From the IMG/VR virus record IMGVR_UViG_2617270960_000007: a DNA stretch of 38,248 nt, one strand, 5' to 3'. Below the pieces are notes generated by a model. The model did no database searches. It saw only the letters and a list, made by a program, of their open reading frames with translations, and was not told the DNA's origin. Of this stretch, positions 16,070-24,402 are shown piece after piece. Both the position numbers and the translations under genes were made by a program. This stretch comes from a virus (Duplodnaviria > Heunggongvirae > Uroviricota > Caudoviricetes). Positions within the stretch are counted from its first letter, which is position 1. Every line of letters starts with the position of its first letter.

Positions 16070-16906
16070 ATGGCTAATGAAAAAAAGACATCCCGCAAAA
16101 AGTTTCGCGTGGCTGTCTCCGGATCAACTGTTGATGGCCGCGAAATCAGTCCGGTGCATCTGCGTGAAGCCGCCGAGAACTTCAACCCGGATGTTTACGC
16201 TGCCCGCGTGAACGTTGAGCACTATCTCTCGCCATGCCCGTCAAGCGAATTTTCCGCAATGGGCGATGTCACCGCACTGAGTACGGAAGACATTACGGAA
16301 GGTCCGCTGGCCGGACGTACTGCGCTGTATGCAGAAATCGAACCGACCGAGCGCATGAAGCAGCTTGTCGCGGACGGCAAGAAAATCTATTCCAGTATCG
16401 AACTGCACCCGCAGTTCTCCGTTAACGGGCGCGCCTATCTGGTCGGGCTGGCGATGACCGACACCCCGGCAAGCCTGGGCACTGAGCGCCTGAAATTCAC
16501 GGCACAGCAGCGTCAGGCGGTGATGACGTTCAACAGTGTCCAGGGTGAAGCACCGCTCATTTCCGAAGCCATCGAGTCTGAAATCATCGAAATGGCAGAA
16601 CAACGCCAGGAAGAAGGCACCCAGTGGTTTAACCGCGTAATGGGGATTATTGGTCGTGGCCGCAAAGCGGATGACGCCAGTTTCTCCCGTATTCAGGAAG
16701 CGGTGGAAGGCGTCGCAACGTCACAGGCCGACATTATCGACCGTTTTAATGTGCTGGAAACCCGCCATCAGCAGGACCGCCAGAAAATCACGTCACTGAC
16801 CACAGAGCTGACAGCACTGAAGGAAAAACTGCGCACGCAGGACGGCGATCCGCAGAACCGCTTCACCGCAACGGGCGCAGCCTCCGACCAGCTGGCTGAC
16901 TTCTGA
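16070..16906 (+). CDS. O: Capsid scaffolding protein (P2 gpO family)
   Basis: ATG at 16070 with GAGGGG SD; about 278 aa; coiled-coil C-terminus; precedes major capsid gene. Confidence 0.8.
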   Translation: MANEKKTSRKKFRVAVSGSTVDGREISPVHLREAAENFNPDVYAARVNVEHYLSPCPSSEFSAMGDVTALSTEDITEGPLAGRTALYAEIEPTERMKQLVADGKKIYSSIELHPQFSVNGRAYLVGLAMTDTPASLGTERLKFTAQQRQAVMTFNSVQGEAPLISEAIESEIIEMAEQRQEEGTQWFNRVMGIIGRGRKADDASFSRIQEAVEGVATSQADIIDRFNVLETRHQQDRQKITSLTTELTALKEKLRTQDGDPQNRFTATGAASDQLADF

Positions 16907-16928
16907 TAAGACAAAGGAGCAAATTTTT

Positions 16929-17981
16929 ATGAATCTGGTGATGTCAGATATTACCCGCAACAAGCTGGGTTGCTATATGGCGCAGCAGGCGTCGCTTAAC
17001 AATATCCCGGTATCTGCACTGGTATCGCGATTTACCGTAGAACCCTCGGTGCAGCAGCGTTTTGAAAACGCAGTAAAGGAGAGCACTGAATTTACAAAAA
17101 AAATTAACGTGTTCGGTGTGACCGACCAGAAAGGCGAAAAAATCCTCCTGGACACCACCGGGCCGATTGCGCGCACGAATACCAGTTATGACGGCACAAA
17201 ACGCCGTAACCCGAATAACGTGGTTGATCTGAAAAACCGCAAATATCAGTGCGAACAGGTGAACTACGACACGTTTATTTCGTATCCGCAGCTTGATGCC
17301 TGGGCGGCACACCCTGATTTTCAGTCACGCGTCAGCACACAGATTGCCCGGCAGGTGGCGCTTGACCGCATCATGATCGGTTTCAACGGCACGTCTCACG
17401 CAGATGAGTCCAACTTCAGCACCAACAAGCTGCTTCAGGACGTTAACGTGGGATGGCTGGAGCACATCAGAACCGACGCCAGCGAGCGCGTAATGAATGA
17501 CGTGACGCTGACCTCCCGCAACATGGACAACACCGTGGCGCACGCGGGTAAGTATGCGAACGCTGACGCACTGGTACAGGACGCGCGCTCATCCCTGCTG
17601 GATGAATGGCACAAAGAAGCTGACGACCTCGTGGTGATTATGGGGCGCAACCTGTTTAACTCGCTGCGTCTGCCCGTACTGAACAGCATCAGCGGCCAGA
17701 ATCCCAATGCGGAATTACTTGCCGGACAGCTCATCCTGTCATCGCGCGCCATTGGCGGGCTGGATGTATTCCTTGCGCCGTTCTTCCCGGATGCAACGAT
17801 GCTGATCACCTCGTTCAACAACCTGTCGATTTACTGGCAGAAAGGAACAATGCGTCGCCTGATGAAAGACGAGCCGGAATACAACCGCATCGCCACCTAC
17901 CAGTCCATCAATGACGCTTATGTCGTTGAAGACTATGGCAAGTGCGCGATGGTCACTGGCCTGAAGTTCGCCGACAGCTAA
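16929..17981 (+). CDS. N: Major capsid protein (P2 gpN family)
   Basis: 350 aa; FTVEPSVQQ...INVF region and overall pattern resemble P2 gpN as recalled. Confidence 0.85.
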   Translation: MNLVMSDITRNKLGCYMAQQASLNNIPVSALVSRFTVEPSVQQRFENAVKESTEFTKKINVFGVTDQKGEKILLDTTGPIARTNTSYDGTKRRNPNNVVDLKNRKYQCEQVNYDTFISYPQLDAWAAHPDFQSRVSTQIARQVALDRIMIGFNGTSHADESNFSTNKLLQDVNVGWLEHIRTDASERVMNDVTLTSRNMDNTVAHAGKYANADALVQDARSSLLDEWHKEADDLVVIMGRNLFNSLRLPVLNSISGQNPNAELLAGQLILSSRAIGGLDVFLAPFFPDATMLITSFNNLSIYWQKGTMRRLMKDEPEYNRIATYQSINDAYVVEDYGKCAMVTGLKFADS

Positions 17982-18026
17982 TCAACTCACGGCGGGCATC
18001 ATACCCGCCTGTAACGGAGAGAAAAA

Positions 18027-18827
18027 ATGATTACTCCTGCACAGCAACACTGGCAGAACGTGATGGCACAGCGCGCAGGCCGGGCGAATGAAGGCGTGGA
18101 CCACGCCGCGCGTACCGCGCATGAAGAGGTGCTGTATCGTCTGCGTCTGGCACAGGCCCGGCTTAAGGGCGTACAGGCCAGAAGCGCGAAAGCCGCCATC
18201 AAAAAAGAGTTGTTGCCGGATTTTTCCGGCTGGATTGAGGGAACGCTGGAGGCTGACGGCGGGCAGCAGGATGAAGTGATTGCCACGCTGATGGTGTGGG
18301 CGATTGACTGCGGCGATCTTCCGCTGGCGTTGCGTATTGGTGCGTATGTGGTCCGTCATAACCTCATTATGCCGGATAACTTTGGCCGTACTGCTGCCAC
18401 GGTACTGACCGAAGAAATCTGCAACCCGGTACTGACGCAGGCCGGGACGGATGCCGACGCGGATTTATCCGCCTTTATCGAACCACTGGATACCCTCCGG
18501 GAGATTGTCACCGACCAGGACATGCCGGACGAAGTGCGCGCCAAATTATGCAAAGCGTGCGCCTTTGCCCGTCGTGGTCTGAGTGATGCGGACAGCATGG
18601 CCCTGTCACTGAAGCTGCTGCGCGAAGCAATGCACCTGAACCCGAACGCAGGTGTGAAACGCGAGATTGCAACCCTTTCCCGCGCCCTGAAAAAAGCCGA
18701 TTCCGCAGCCGCACCAGAAGACGCCAGCGCACAGCAGACGCAGGACGAAAGCAGCAAAAGTAAAAAGACAACGCGGAAGCCTGCAACACGAAAAACCACC
18801 GCGACGCAGAAGGCGAAGCGCGGTTAA
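18027..18827 (+). CDS. M: Terminase small subunit / endonuclease subunit (P2 gpM family)
   Basis: 266 aa with basic low-complexity C-terminus; synteny O-N-M-L. Confidence 0.8.
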   Translation: MITPAQQHWQNVMAQRAGRANEGVDHAARTAHEEVLYRLRLAQARLKGVQARSAKAAIKKELLPDFSGWIEGTLEADGGQQDEVIATLMVWAIDCGDLPLALRIGAYVVRHNLIMPDNFGRTAATVLTEEICNPVLTQAGTDADADLSAFIEPLDTLREIVTDQDMPDEVRAKLCKACAFARRGLSDADSMALSLKLLREAMHLNPNAGVKREIATLSRALKKADSAAAPEDASAQQTQDESSKSKKTTRKPATRKTTATQKAKRG

Positions 18828-18920
18828 CGACTGACCCCGTCAGCGGGCGGCGTGCGCGGTGTTCCGGTTTGACTCCGTGACCGTTTACACCGCGCACCCA
18901 CCGCCCGATTTTTTTCAGGA

Positions 18921-19424
18921 GTGAACCCCATGAGTATGGTTGCCAGAAATGAACCCGGACCCGCAGAGGACGACATCACCGATACCGATGATGGCGATAC
19001 CCGCATTTCAGCGGGTGCATTCTGGCCGGATATTGTGCTGCGCGAGCTGCGTCTGGCGGTACGACTGCCGGGCCGCGTGACCACCTCCCGCCTGCTGCAT
19101 ACTGCCACCGGGGCTGTGGCACACGTTACCCGCGAGCTGGAAGCATGGCAGCAGGAACAGCAGGCAGCTGGCCATCAGACGCTGGCCGATGTTCCGGCAC
19201 CCGTAATTAACGGAGAAAGCGTCAATCTCTGGCACTGGCGCAATGCTGTTTATACCGCCACGCGCGCCCTGATTCTGGAGCGTTACCGCGATGCGGACAC
19301 AACGGACAAGGGCGACCGCCGGGCGGACGCACTGGATATACAGACATCGGATTTGTGGCGCGATGTGAGCTGGGCCATCTCTGACATTCTGTGCCGCCCG
19401 CGAATCTTTGCGGAATTGTGCTGA
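18921..19424 (+). CDS. L: Head completion/stabilisation protein (P2 gpL family)
   Basis: 167 aa; synteny; TGATG overlap with next gene. Confidence 0.8.
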   Translation: MNPMSMVARNEPGPAEDDITDTDDGDTRISAGAFWPDIVLRELRLAVRLPGRVTTSRLLHTATGAVAHVTRELEAWQQEQQAAGHQTLADVPAPVINGESVNLWHWRNAVYTATRALILERYRDADTTDKGDRRADALDIQTSDLWRDVSWAISDILCRPRIFAELC

Positions 19425-19624
19425 TGAAAGTGAAGGCACTGGAAAGCGACACCGTGGATTCGCTCTGTTTCCGGTACTACGGCACGACGCAGGGCGTCAC
19501 CGAAAAGGTGCTGGATGCCAACCCCGGACTCTGTCAGCAGGTATTTCTGGACGCCGGGCAGGAAGTGGAGATGCCGGAGCCGGAGAAGAAGAAACGAGAA
19601 ATGATTCAGTTGTGGGGGGAGTAG
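19424..19624 (+). CDS. X: Tail protein X (small LysM-like)
   Basis: About 66 aa starting MKVKALESDTVDSLCFRYYG; position between L and lysis genes as in P2. Confidence 0.7.
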   Translation: MKVKALESDTVDSLCFRYYGTTQGVTEKVLDANPGLCQQVFLDAGQEVEMPEPEKKKREMIQLWGE

Positions 19625-19626
19625 CA

Positions 19627-19950
19627 GTGAGCACCATTCAAACAGGGATCACAGAGCAGGTTATTGCGTGGCTCTTTGACCACCTGCCAACGGTGTATGC
19701 AGTAGGCGCGGCGGTCAGCATTTCCGCGCTGATGAGTCTTTATGACGGACGAACACTGGTTCAGACCGTAACGGGATCGCTGGCGTGCGGCGTTCTTGCC
19801 ATGGCCGTGGCCGGGTCGTTGCGCTTCTTCGGGTTTCCTGAAGATGCCGTGACGTTTATCGGCGCATCAATCGGTTTTATGGGTGCAGAGAAAGCACGCG
19901 ACAAGGTTATTGCGGCCTTTAATCGCAGGGTGAAGGAGAAGGACGAATGA
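19627..19950 (+). CDS. Putative holin
   Basis: GTG start after GGGGGGA SD; about 107 aa with 2-3 hydrophobic helices and charged C-terminal tail (KEKDE); directly upstream of endolysin with overlapping stop/start. Confidence 0.55.
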   Translation: MSTIQTGITEQVIAWLFDHLPTVYAVGAAVSISALMSLYDGRTLVQTVTGSLACGVLAMAVAGSLRFFGFPEDAVTFIGASIGFMGAEKARDKVIAAFNRRVKEKDE

Positions 19951-20339
19951 GCAACACATTTAAATTCAGCAGCCGGAGCGAAAAGAATTTGCAGGGCGTA
20001 AATCCTGATCTGGTGAAAGTGACCCGACGGGCACTGGAAATCTCGGAAGTGGATTTTGGTATCACCGAAGGGTTGCGCAGCCGTTACCGCCAGAAGCAAC
20101 TGGTGGCCACGGGTAAGAGCAAGACCATGAACAGCCGCCACCTTACGGGGCATGCCGTGGATGTTGTGGCTTATATCGGCAGCCAAGTGTCATGGGAATG
20201 GCCGCTGTACGAAAAAATCGCAGCAGCATTCAGACAGGCCAGCCGGGAACTGAATATTCCGGTGGAATGGGGCGGCGACTGGAAGACTCTGAAAGACGGA
20301 CCGCACTTTCAGTTACCACACGGAGCCTATCCGGCATGA
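19947..20339 (+). CDS. Endolysin, L-alanyl-D-glutamate peptidase (peptidase M15 family)
   Basis: 130 aa; zinc-ligand pattern HLTGHAVDV ... DGPHFQ typical of M15 phage endopeptidases. Confidence 0.8.
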   Translation: MSNTFKFSSRSEKNLQGVNPDLVKVTRRALEISEVDFGITEGLRSRYRQKQLVATGKSKTMNSRHLTGHAVDVVAYIGSQVSWEWPLYEKIAAAFRQASRELNIPVEWGGDWKTLKDGPHFQLPHGAYPA

Positions 20340-20743
20340 AGCTCTGGCCCACGCTGGGCGTCGCTTTTCTTCTGATTGCCGCCTGGGGAGCATCCATGCG
20401 TCTGTCGTGGTCACTGGGCCGGGAGAACGCCAGAAACGAAGCGCAGGCCAGCACCCTGAAAAGTACCGTCGACACCCTGAATATCATCAGCGCCGGGGTA
20501 CAGGATATGCAGCAGGTGCTGGCACAACTCCGCGCGGAAAATCAGCAACGCAATCAGGACGGAGAGGCCAGACGTGAACAGCTACGCAACGATATTGCAA
20601 AAGATGAATGCGCCCACGCTTTGCCTGACGCTCGTTTTACTGACAGGTTGCGCAGGCACGCAGAACGCGCCACGGCCAGCGCCGTCAGTCCGGCTTATAC
20701 CGCAGACGCTGACCATACCGGTAATGCCTCCCCCCTTCCCTGA
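20336..20743 (+). CDS. i-spanin (Rz/LysB-like)
   Basis: ATGA overlap with endolysin stop; N-terminal TM (MKLWPTLGVAFLLIAAWGA), coiled-coil periplasmic domain. Confidence 0.65.
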   Translation: MKLWPTLGVAFLLIAAWGASMRLSWSLGRENARNEAQASTLKSTVDTLNIISAGVQDMQQVLAQLRAENQQRNQDGEARREQLRNDIAKDECAHALPDARFTDRLRRHAERATASAVSPAYTADADHTGNASPLP

Positions 20744-20894
20744 AACTCCCACATGGGGAAATCTCGGTATATGGGGCGACCGCCTTCTGGATGCACTGGA
20801 AACCTGTAACGCGGATAAACGGGCCATTGAATTACTGGAACAGCGCAGGCTGCAACGACTGAACAACGAGGACAACAACCATGCTGAAAACTGA
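20604..20894 (+). CDS. o-spanin lipoprotein (Rz1/LysC-like), overlapping i-spanin in alternate frame
   Basis: MNAPTLCLTLVLLTGC has a lipobox (LTGC) after a signal peptide; Pro-rich mature part; overlapped-gene arrangement typical of spanins. Confidence 0.55.
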   Translation: MNAPTLCLTLVLLTGCAGTQNAPRPAPSVRLIPQTLTIPVMPPPFPETPTWGNLGIWGDRLLDALETCNADKRAIELLEQRRLQRLNNEDNNHAEN

Positions 20895-21348
20895 TTCCCT
20901 GCGTGAAGCCATGACCCGTTCATGCCGATGGTGTCAGGCCAACCCGGAGAAATTCACCATTTTCGTGGAGAGCGGCAACATTGAAACGACCGGAGAAACG
21001 CCCTCGTTTGTTTACCGCTATCAGATGGTGATGTTTGTCATGGATTACGCCGGGGAGCTGGACGACCTCACGCTGCCGCTACTGGCGTGGTTATCCGAAA
21101 ATCAGCCACAGTTGTTGCTCAATCCGGAGCGTAATCAGGACATCAAATTCTCCGCCGTTATCAATGACGATGACAGCGCCGATCTCCTGTTTACGCTCCC
21201 CCTGCGGGAACGCGTTCGCATCACGCGCAGCAGTCAGGGCACGCCGCAGGCAGAACACCTGCCGGAGCCAAAACCCCGCCTGCCATCTTCCGAAGGCGAC
21301 TGGTCGCATGTATTCCAGGATGTGACGTGGGGTGAAAGCGATGGATAA
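20881..21348 (+). CDS. R: Tail completion protein (P2 gpR family)
   Basis: 155 aa, same length as P2 R; synteny. Confidence 0.75.
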   Translation: MLKTDSLREAMTRSCRWCQANPEKFTIFVESGNIETTGETPSFVYRYQMVMFVMDYAGELDDLTLPLLAWLSENQPQLLLNPERNQDIKFSAVINDDDSADLLFTLPLRERVRITRSSQGTPQAEHLPEPKPRLPSSEGDWSHVFQDVTWGESDG

Positions 21349-21712
21349 GGCATTCACCCGCGTGGATGAAACCTTTGAGGCCATCCGCGACAGCCTGAAT
21401 CAGCAGGCCATCAATAACATCGCCAGAAAGCTGGCACAGGATTTACGCCGCGCCCAGCAGGCGCGTATCCGGTCACAGAAAGCGCCGGACGGGACCGCGT
21501 GGACACCACGCAGACGCCGCGTAACCCGGATACAGGAACGCATTCGCTTTATCTGGAATAACGAAGCACGCACGCTGAAAAACTGGCATCACGACACGGG
21601 GAAATACGGGCGAACCATTACCGGGTGGGATGAGGATAAAAATAATATCCGCACGTTTTACCGGGATGACATCGACCGTTTTCTGGAAATACGCACCCGG
21701 CGCATCAACTAG
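21341..21712 (+). CDS. S: Virion morphogenesis protein gpS family, N-terminal part, ends at in-frame TAG
   Basis: MDKAFTRVDETFEAIRD...LRRAQQARIRSQKAPDGTAWTPRRRR resembles gpS-family N-terminus as recalled; the downstream ORF is in the same frame, separated by a single TAG. Confidence 0.55.
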   Translation: MDKAFTRVDETFEAIRDSLNQQAINNIARKLAQDLRRAQQARIRSQKAPDGTAWTPRRRRVTRIQERIRFIWNNEARTLKNWHHDTGKYGRTITGWDEDKNNIRTFYRDDIDRFLEIRTRRIN

Positions 21713-21733
21713 GACAGCACCAGGCGCGTCCCC

Positions 21734-21976
21734 ATGTTCGTAAAACTGCGCACCGCCCGCTACCTGAAAGCCCGTGCAGATGCTTCCGGTGTGACGGTGG
21801 GTTACAGCGGCGTGGCCGCACGTATTGCCCGCGTTCATCAGTTCGGTGAGCGCGATCAGGTTGCGCCGGGCATTTTCACCGATTACCCGGTACGTGAGCT
21901 GCTGGGTATCAGCCAGGCAGATGAGCGCCTGATTTATAACACGGTGCTGGGCCGGATTGCGGAGGCTGTACGGTGA
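21734..21976 (+). CDS. S: Virion morphogenesis protein gpS family, C-terminal part
   Basis: MFVKLRTARYLKA...ARIARVHQFGERD...VRELLGIS resembles gpS-family C-terminus as recalled; same frame as upstream ORF. Confidence 0.5.
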   Translation: MFVKLRTARYLKARADASGVTVGYSGVAARIARVHQFGERDQVAPGIFTDYPVRELLGISQADERLIYNTVLGRIAEAVR

Positions 21977-22554
21977 GCGCAGAACTCATGCGACTGCTGA
22001 GCAACATCATCCGTACCGGGATCATCTCTGAAGTTGATGAGGAATCCTGGTGCGTGCGCGTTCGCAGCGGCGAACTGGAAACAGGCTGGCTGCGCTGGAA
22101 CACCACGCGCGCGGGAGCCTTCAATGTGTGGCTGCCGCCATCACCAGGCGAACAGGTGGTAATTGCCTGCATTGGCGGCAACCCGGAAACCGCCATGATA
22201 ATTGGCAGCCTGTGGAGTGATGCCAGTCCGGCACCCGGCAAAAGCCTGAAAGAAATCGTGATCAGCGCGCCGGACGGCGCGGTGTTCCGCTACGACGCGG
22301 ATGCAGGCGCACTGAGCGCCAGCGGCATGAAAACGGCCACTTTACAGGCATCCGTCAGCGTGAAACTGGATACGCCCGTCGTGGAATGCACAAACCTTCT
22401 GAGAACGGCGACGCTTGACGTCACAAAAGGAGGAAAGATGAGCGGCAATATCACGCACAGCGGCGGCAACTTCACCTCAAACGGCATTACCGTGCATACG
22501 CATAAACACGGTGGCGTGAAAGGCGGCAGCGATTCGACAGGAGGCCCGCAGTGA
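21973..22554 (+). CDS. V: Baseplate spike/assembly protein (P2 gpV family)
   Basis: 193 aa; Gly-rich C-terminus; synteny S-V-W-J-I-H. Confidence 0.8.
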   Translation: MSAELMRLLSNIIRTGIISEVDEESWCVRVRSGELETGWLRWNTTRAGAFNVWLPPSPGEQVVIACIGGNPETAMIIGSLWSDASPAPGKSLKEIVISAPDGAVFRYDADAGALSASGMKTATLQASVSVKLDTPVVECTNLLRTATLDVTKGGKMSGNITHSGGNFTSNGITVHTHKHGGVKGGSDSTGGPQ

Positions 22555-22901
22555 CAACCCGCTACACAGGAATGAATCCGGACGGGACGGGAAACCTGAA
22601 CGATATGGAGCACCTGAAACAGTCAGTCAGGGATATCCTGACCACCCCGCTGGCAAGCCGGGTTATGCGACGGGAATATGGCAGCCTTGTGCCTGATTTG
22701 ATTGACGAACCCATGAATAACACCACGCGTCTGCAATGCATGAGTGCTGCCGTGATTGCGCTGACACGATGGGAACCCCGCATTGCCCTGGATGCCATCG
22801 ACGTTGTCTGGAAAGCGGGAGGCCGCGCCGGGGTGACGCTGTCGGGCACTGTCATGCAGACCATGCAGAATGTTGAATTAACCATCACGCTAAGGGAGTA
22901 A
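22551..22901 (+). CDS. W: Baseplate wedge protein (P2 gpW, gp25-like)
   Basis: 116 aa, same size as P2 W; GTGA overlap with V. Confidence 0.8.
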   Translation: MTTRYTGMNPDGTGNLNDMEHLKQSVRDILTTPLASRVMRREYGSLVPDLIDEPMNNTTRLQCMSAAVIALTRWEPRIALDAIDVVWKAGGRAGVTLSGTVMQTMQNVELTITLRE

Positions 22902-22904
22902 ATC

Positions 22905-23801
22905 ATGCCCGCCGTTGACCTTTCACAGTTACCGGACCCCGCCATCATCGCGGAGCCTGACTTTGAGGCAATTCTGGCTGACACAAAAGCTATGATGATT
23001 GCGTCCTATCCCGCCGAACAGCGTGAAGCCGTTTCCGCCGCGCTGGAGCTGGAATCGGAACCCCTTAACGTTATCGCTCAAACCATGTCGTTTCGTGAAA
23101 TGCTGTTACGCCAGCGGGTTAACGAGGGCGCACGCGCCTGCATGTTAAGCCACGGTTCAGGGACAAACCTGGACAACCTCGCGGGCAATATGAACACAAA
23201 GCGCCTGGTTATCACTCCGGCAACGGATACCACCGACGCGGTGATGGAGAGCGACACCTCGCTGAGACTGCGGGCGCAGCGGGCGTATGACGGCCTGAGT
23301 GTTGCAGGCCCGTCAGGCGCATACGAGTATTTTGCACGCAGCGCCAGCGGTCTGGTGCGTGATGCGCGAGCCATCAGCCCGTCTCCGGCAAATGTGACGG
23401 TTTCCATTCTGTCCACTGAAGGCGACGGCACAGCAACGGAGGCGTTGCTTAATACCGTTCGCGCCGTTCTGAATGCAGAGGATACCCGCCCGGTGGCCGA
23501 CCGCCTGACGGTACAGAGCGCCAGAATCGTGACATGGCGGCTGAATGCAAAACTGTACTTTTACCCCGGTCCGGAATCCGAACCTATTCTGGCCGCGGCG
23601 GAATCGTCATTCAGGAAGTGGCTGGCTGAACAGGGGCTTATCGGTCAGGACGTGGCGTTGTCCGCCATTGCTGCCGCACTGCATGTGCACGGTGTGCAAC
23701 GCGTGGAGATAATCGAACCCACACAGAATATGGCCATCAGCGACATACAGGCGGCGCGCTGTGAGTCATTCACCATCAGCGAAGGTGGGCGCAATGAGTA
23801 A
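22905..23801 (+). CDS. J: Baseplate assembly protein J (P2 gpJ family)
   Basis: 298 aa; size and synteny. Confidence 0.85.
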   Translation: MPAVDLSQLPDPAIIAEPDFEAILADTKAMMIASYPAEQREAVSAALELESEPLNVIAQTMSFREMLLRQRVNEGARACMLSHGSGTNLDNLAGNMNTKRLVITPATDTTDAVMESDTSLRLRAQRAYDGLSVAGPSGAYEYFARSASGLVRDARAISPSPANVTVSILSTEGDGTATEALLNTVRAVLNAEDTRPVADRLTVQSARIVTWRLNAKLYFYPGPESEPILAAAESSFRKWLAEQGLIGQDVALSAIAAALHVHGVQRVEIIEPTQNMAISDIQAARCESFTISEGGRNE

Positions 23802-24402
23802 TTCACTGTTACCACCATCAGCCAGCAGTTTCATGCGTTGTGCCGAAGCTGTCGGAACGCGCATTACAGACATCCCGGTAGACCTCAACACGCTGTGGTC
23901 GCCGGACACCTGCCCGGTGCACCTGCTGCCTTATCTCGCCTGGGCATTTTCCGTTGACCGCTGGGATCGCAACTGGCCGGAAGAGACAAAGCGACAGGTG
24001 ATTCGTGATGCATGGCTGATACACCGACACAAAGGGACCATCAGCGCACTGCGAAGAGCCGTAGAGCCTCTCGGCTACCTGATTGAAGTAAAGGAGTGGT
24101 GGCAACTCAACGAGGAGCCGGGAACATTTCGCATTGTTGTCGGAGTACTTGATCAGGGCATCACCGATGAAATGTATCAGGAACTTGAGCGCCTTATTGC
24201 GGATGCAAAACCAGTAAGTCGCCATCTGACAGGGCTGGCGATCAGCCTGAGTGTGAACGGAAATATTTTCGTTGGTACGGGATGCTATCACGGCGATGCC
24301 CTGACGGTTTATCCCTACACCCCGGAGTCCATTATTGTCGAAGGGGATTATTTCCCTGCCCCGGCCATTCATTTAATTGATAATCTGAGAGTAAACGCAT
24401 GA
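23794..24402 (+). CDS. I: Tail protein I (P2 gpI family)
   Basis: ATG at 23794 overlapping J stop; about 202 aa; synteny. Confidence 0.75.
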   Translation: MSNSLLPPSASSFMRCAEAVGTRITDIPVDLNTLWSPDTCPVHLLPYLAWAFSVDRWDRNWPEETKRQVIRDAWLIHRHKGTISALRRAVEPLGYLIEVKEWWQLNEEPGTFRIVVGVLDQGITDEMYQELERLIADAKPVSRHLTGLAISLSVNGNIFVGTGCYHGDALTVYPYTPESIIVEGDYFPAPAIHLIDNLRVNA

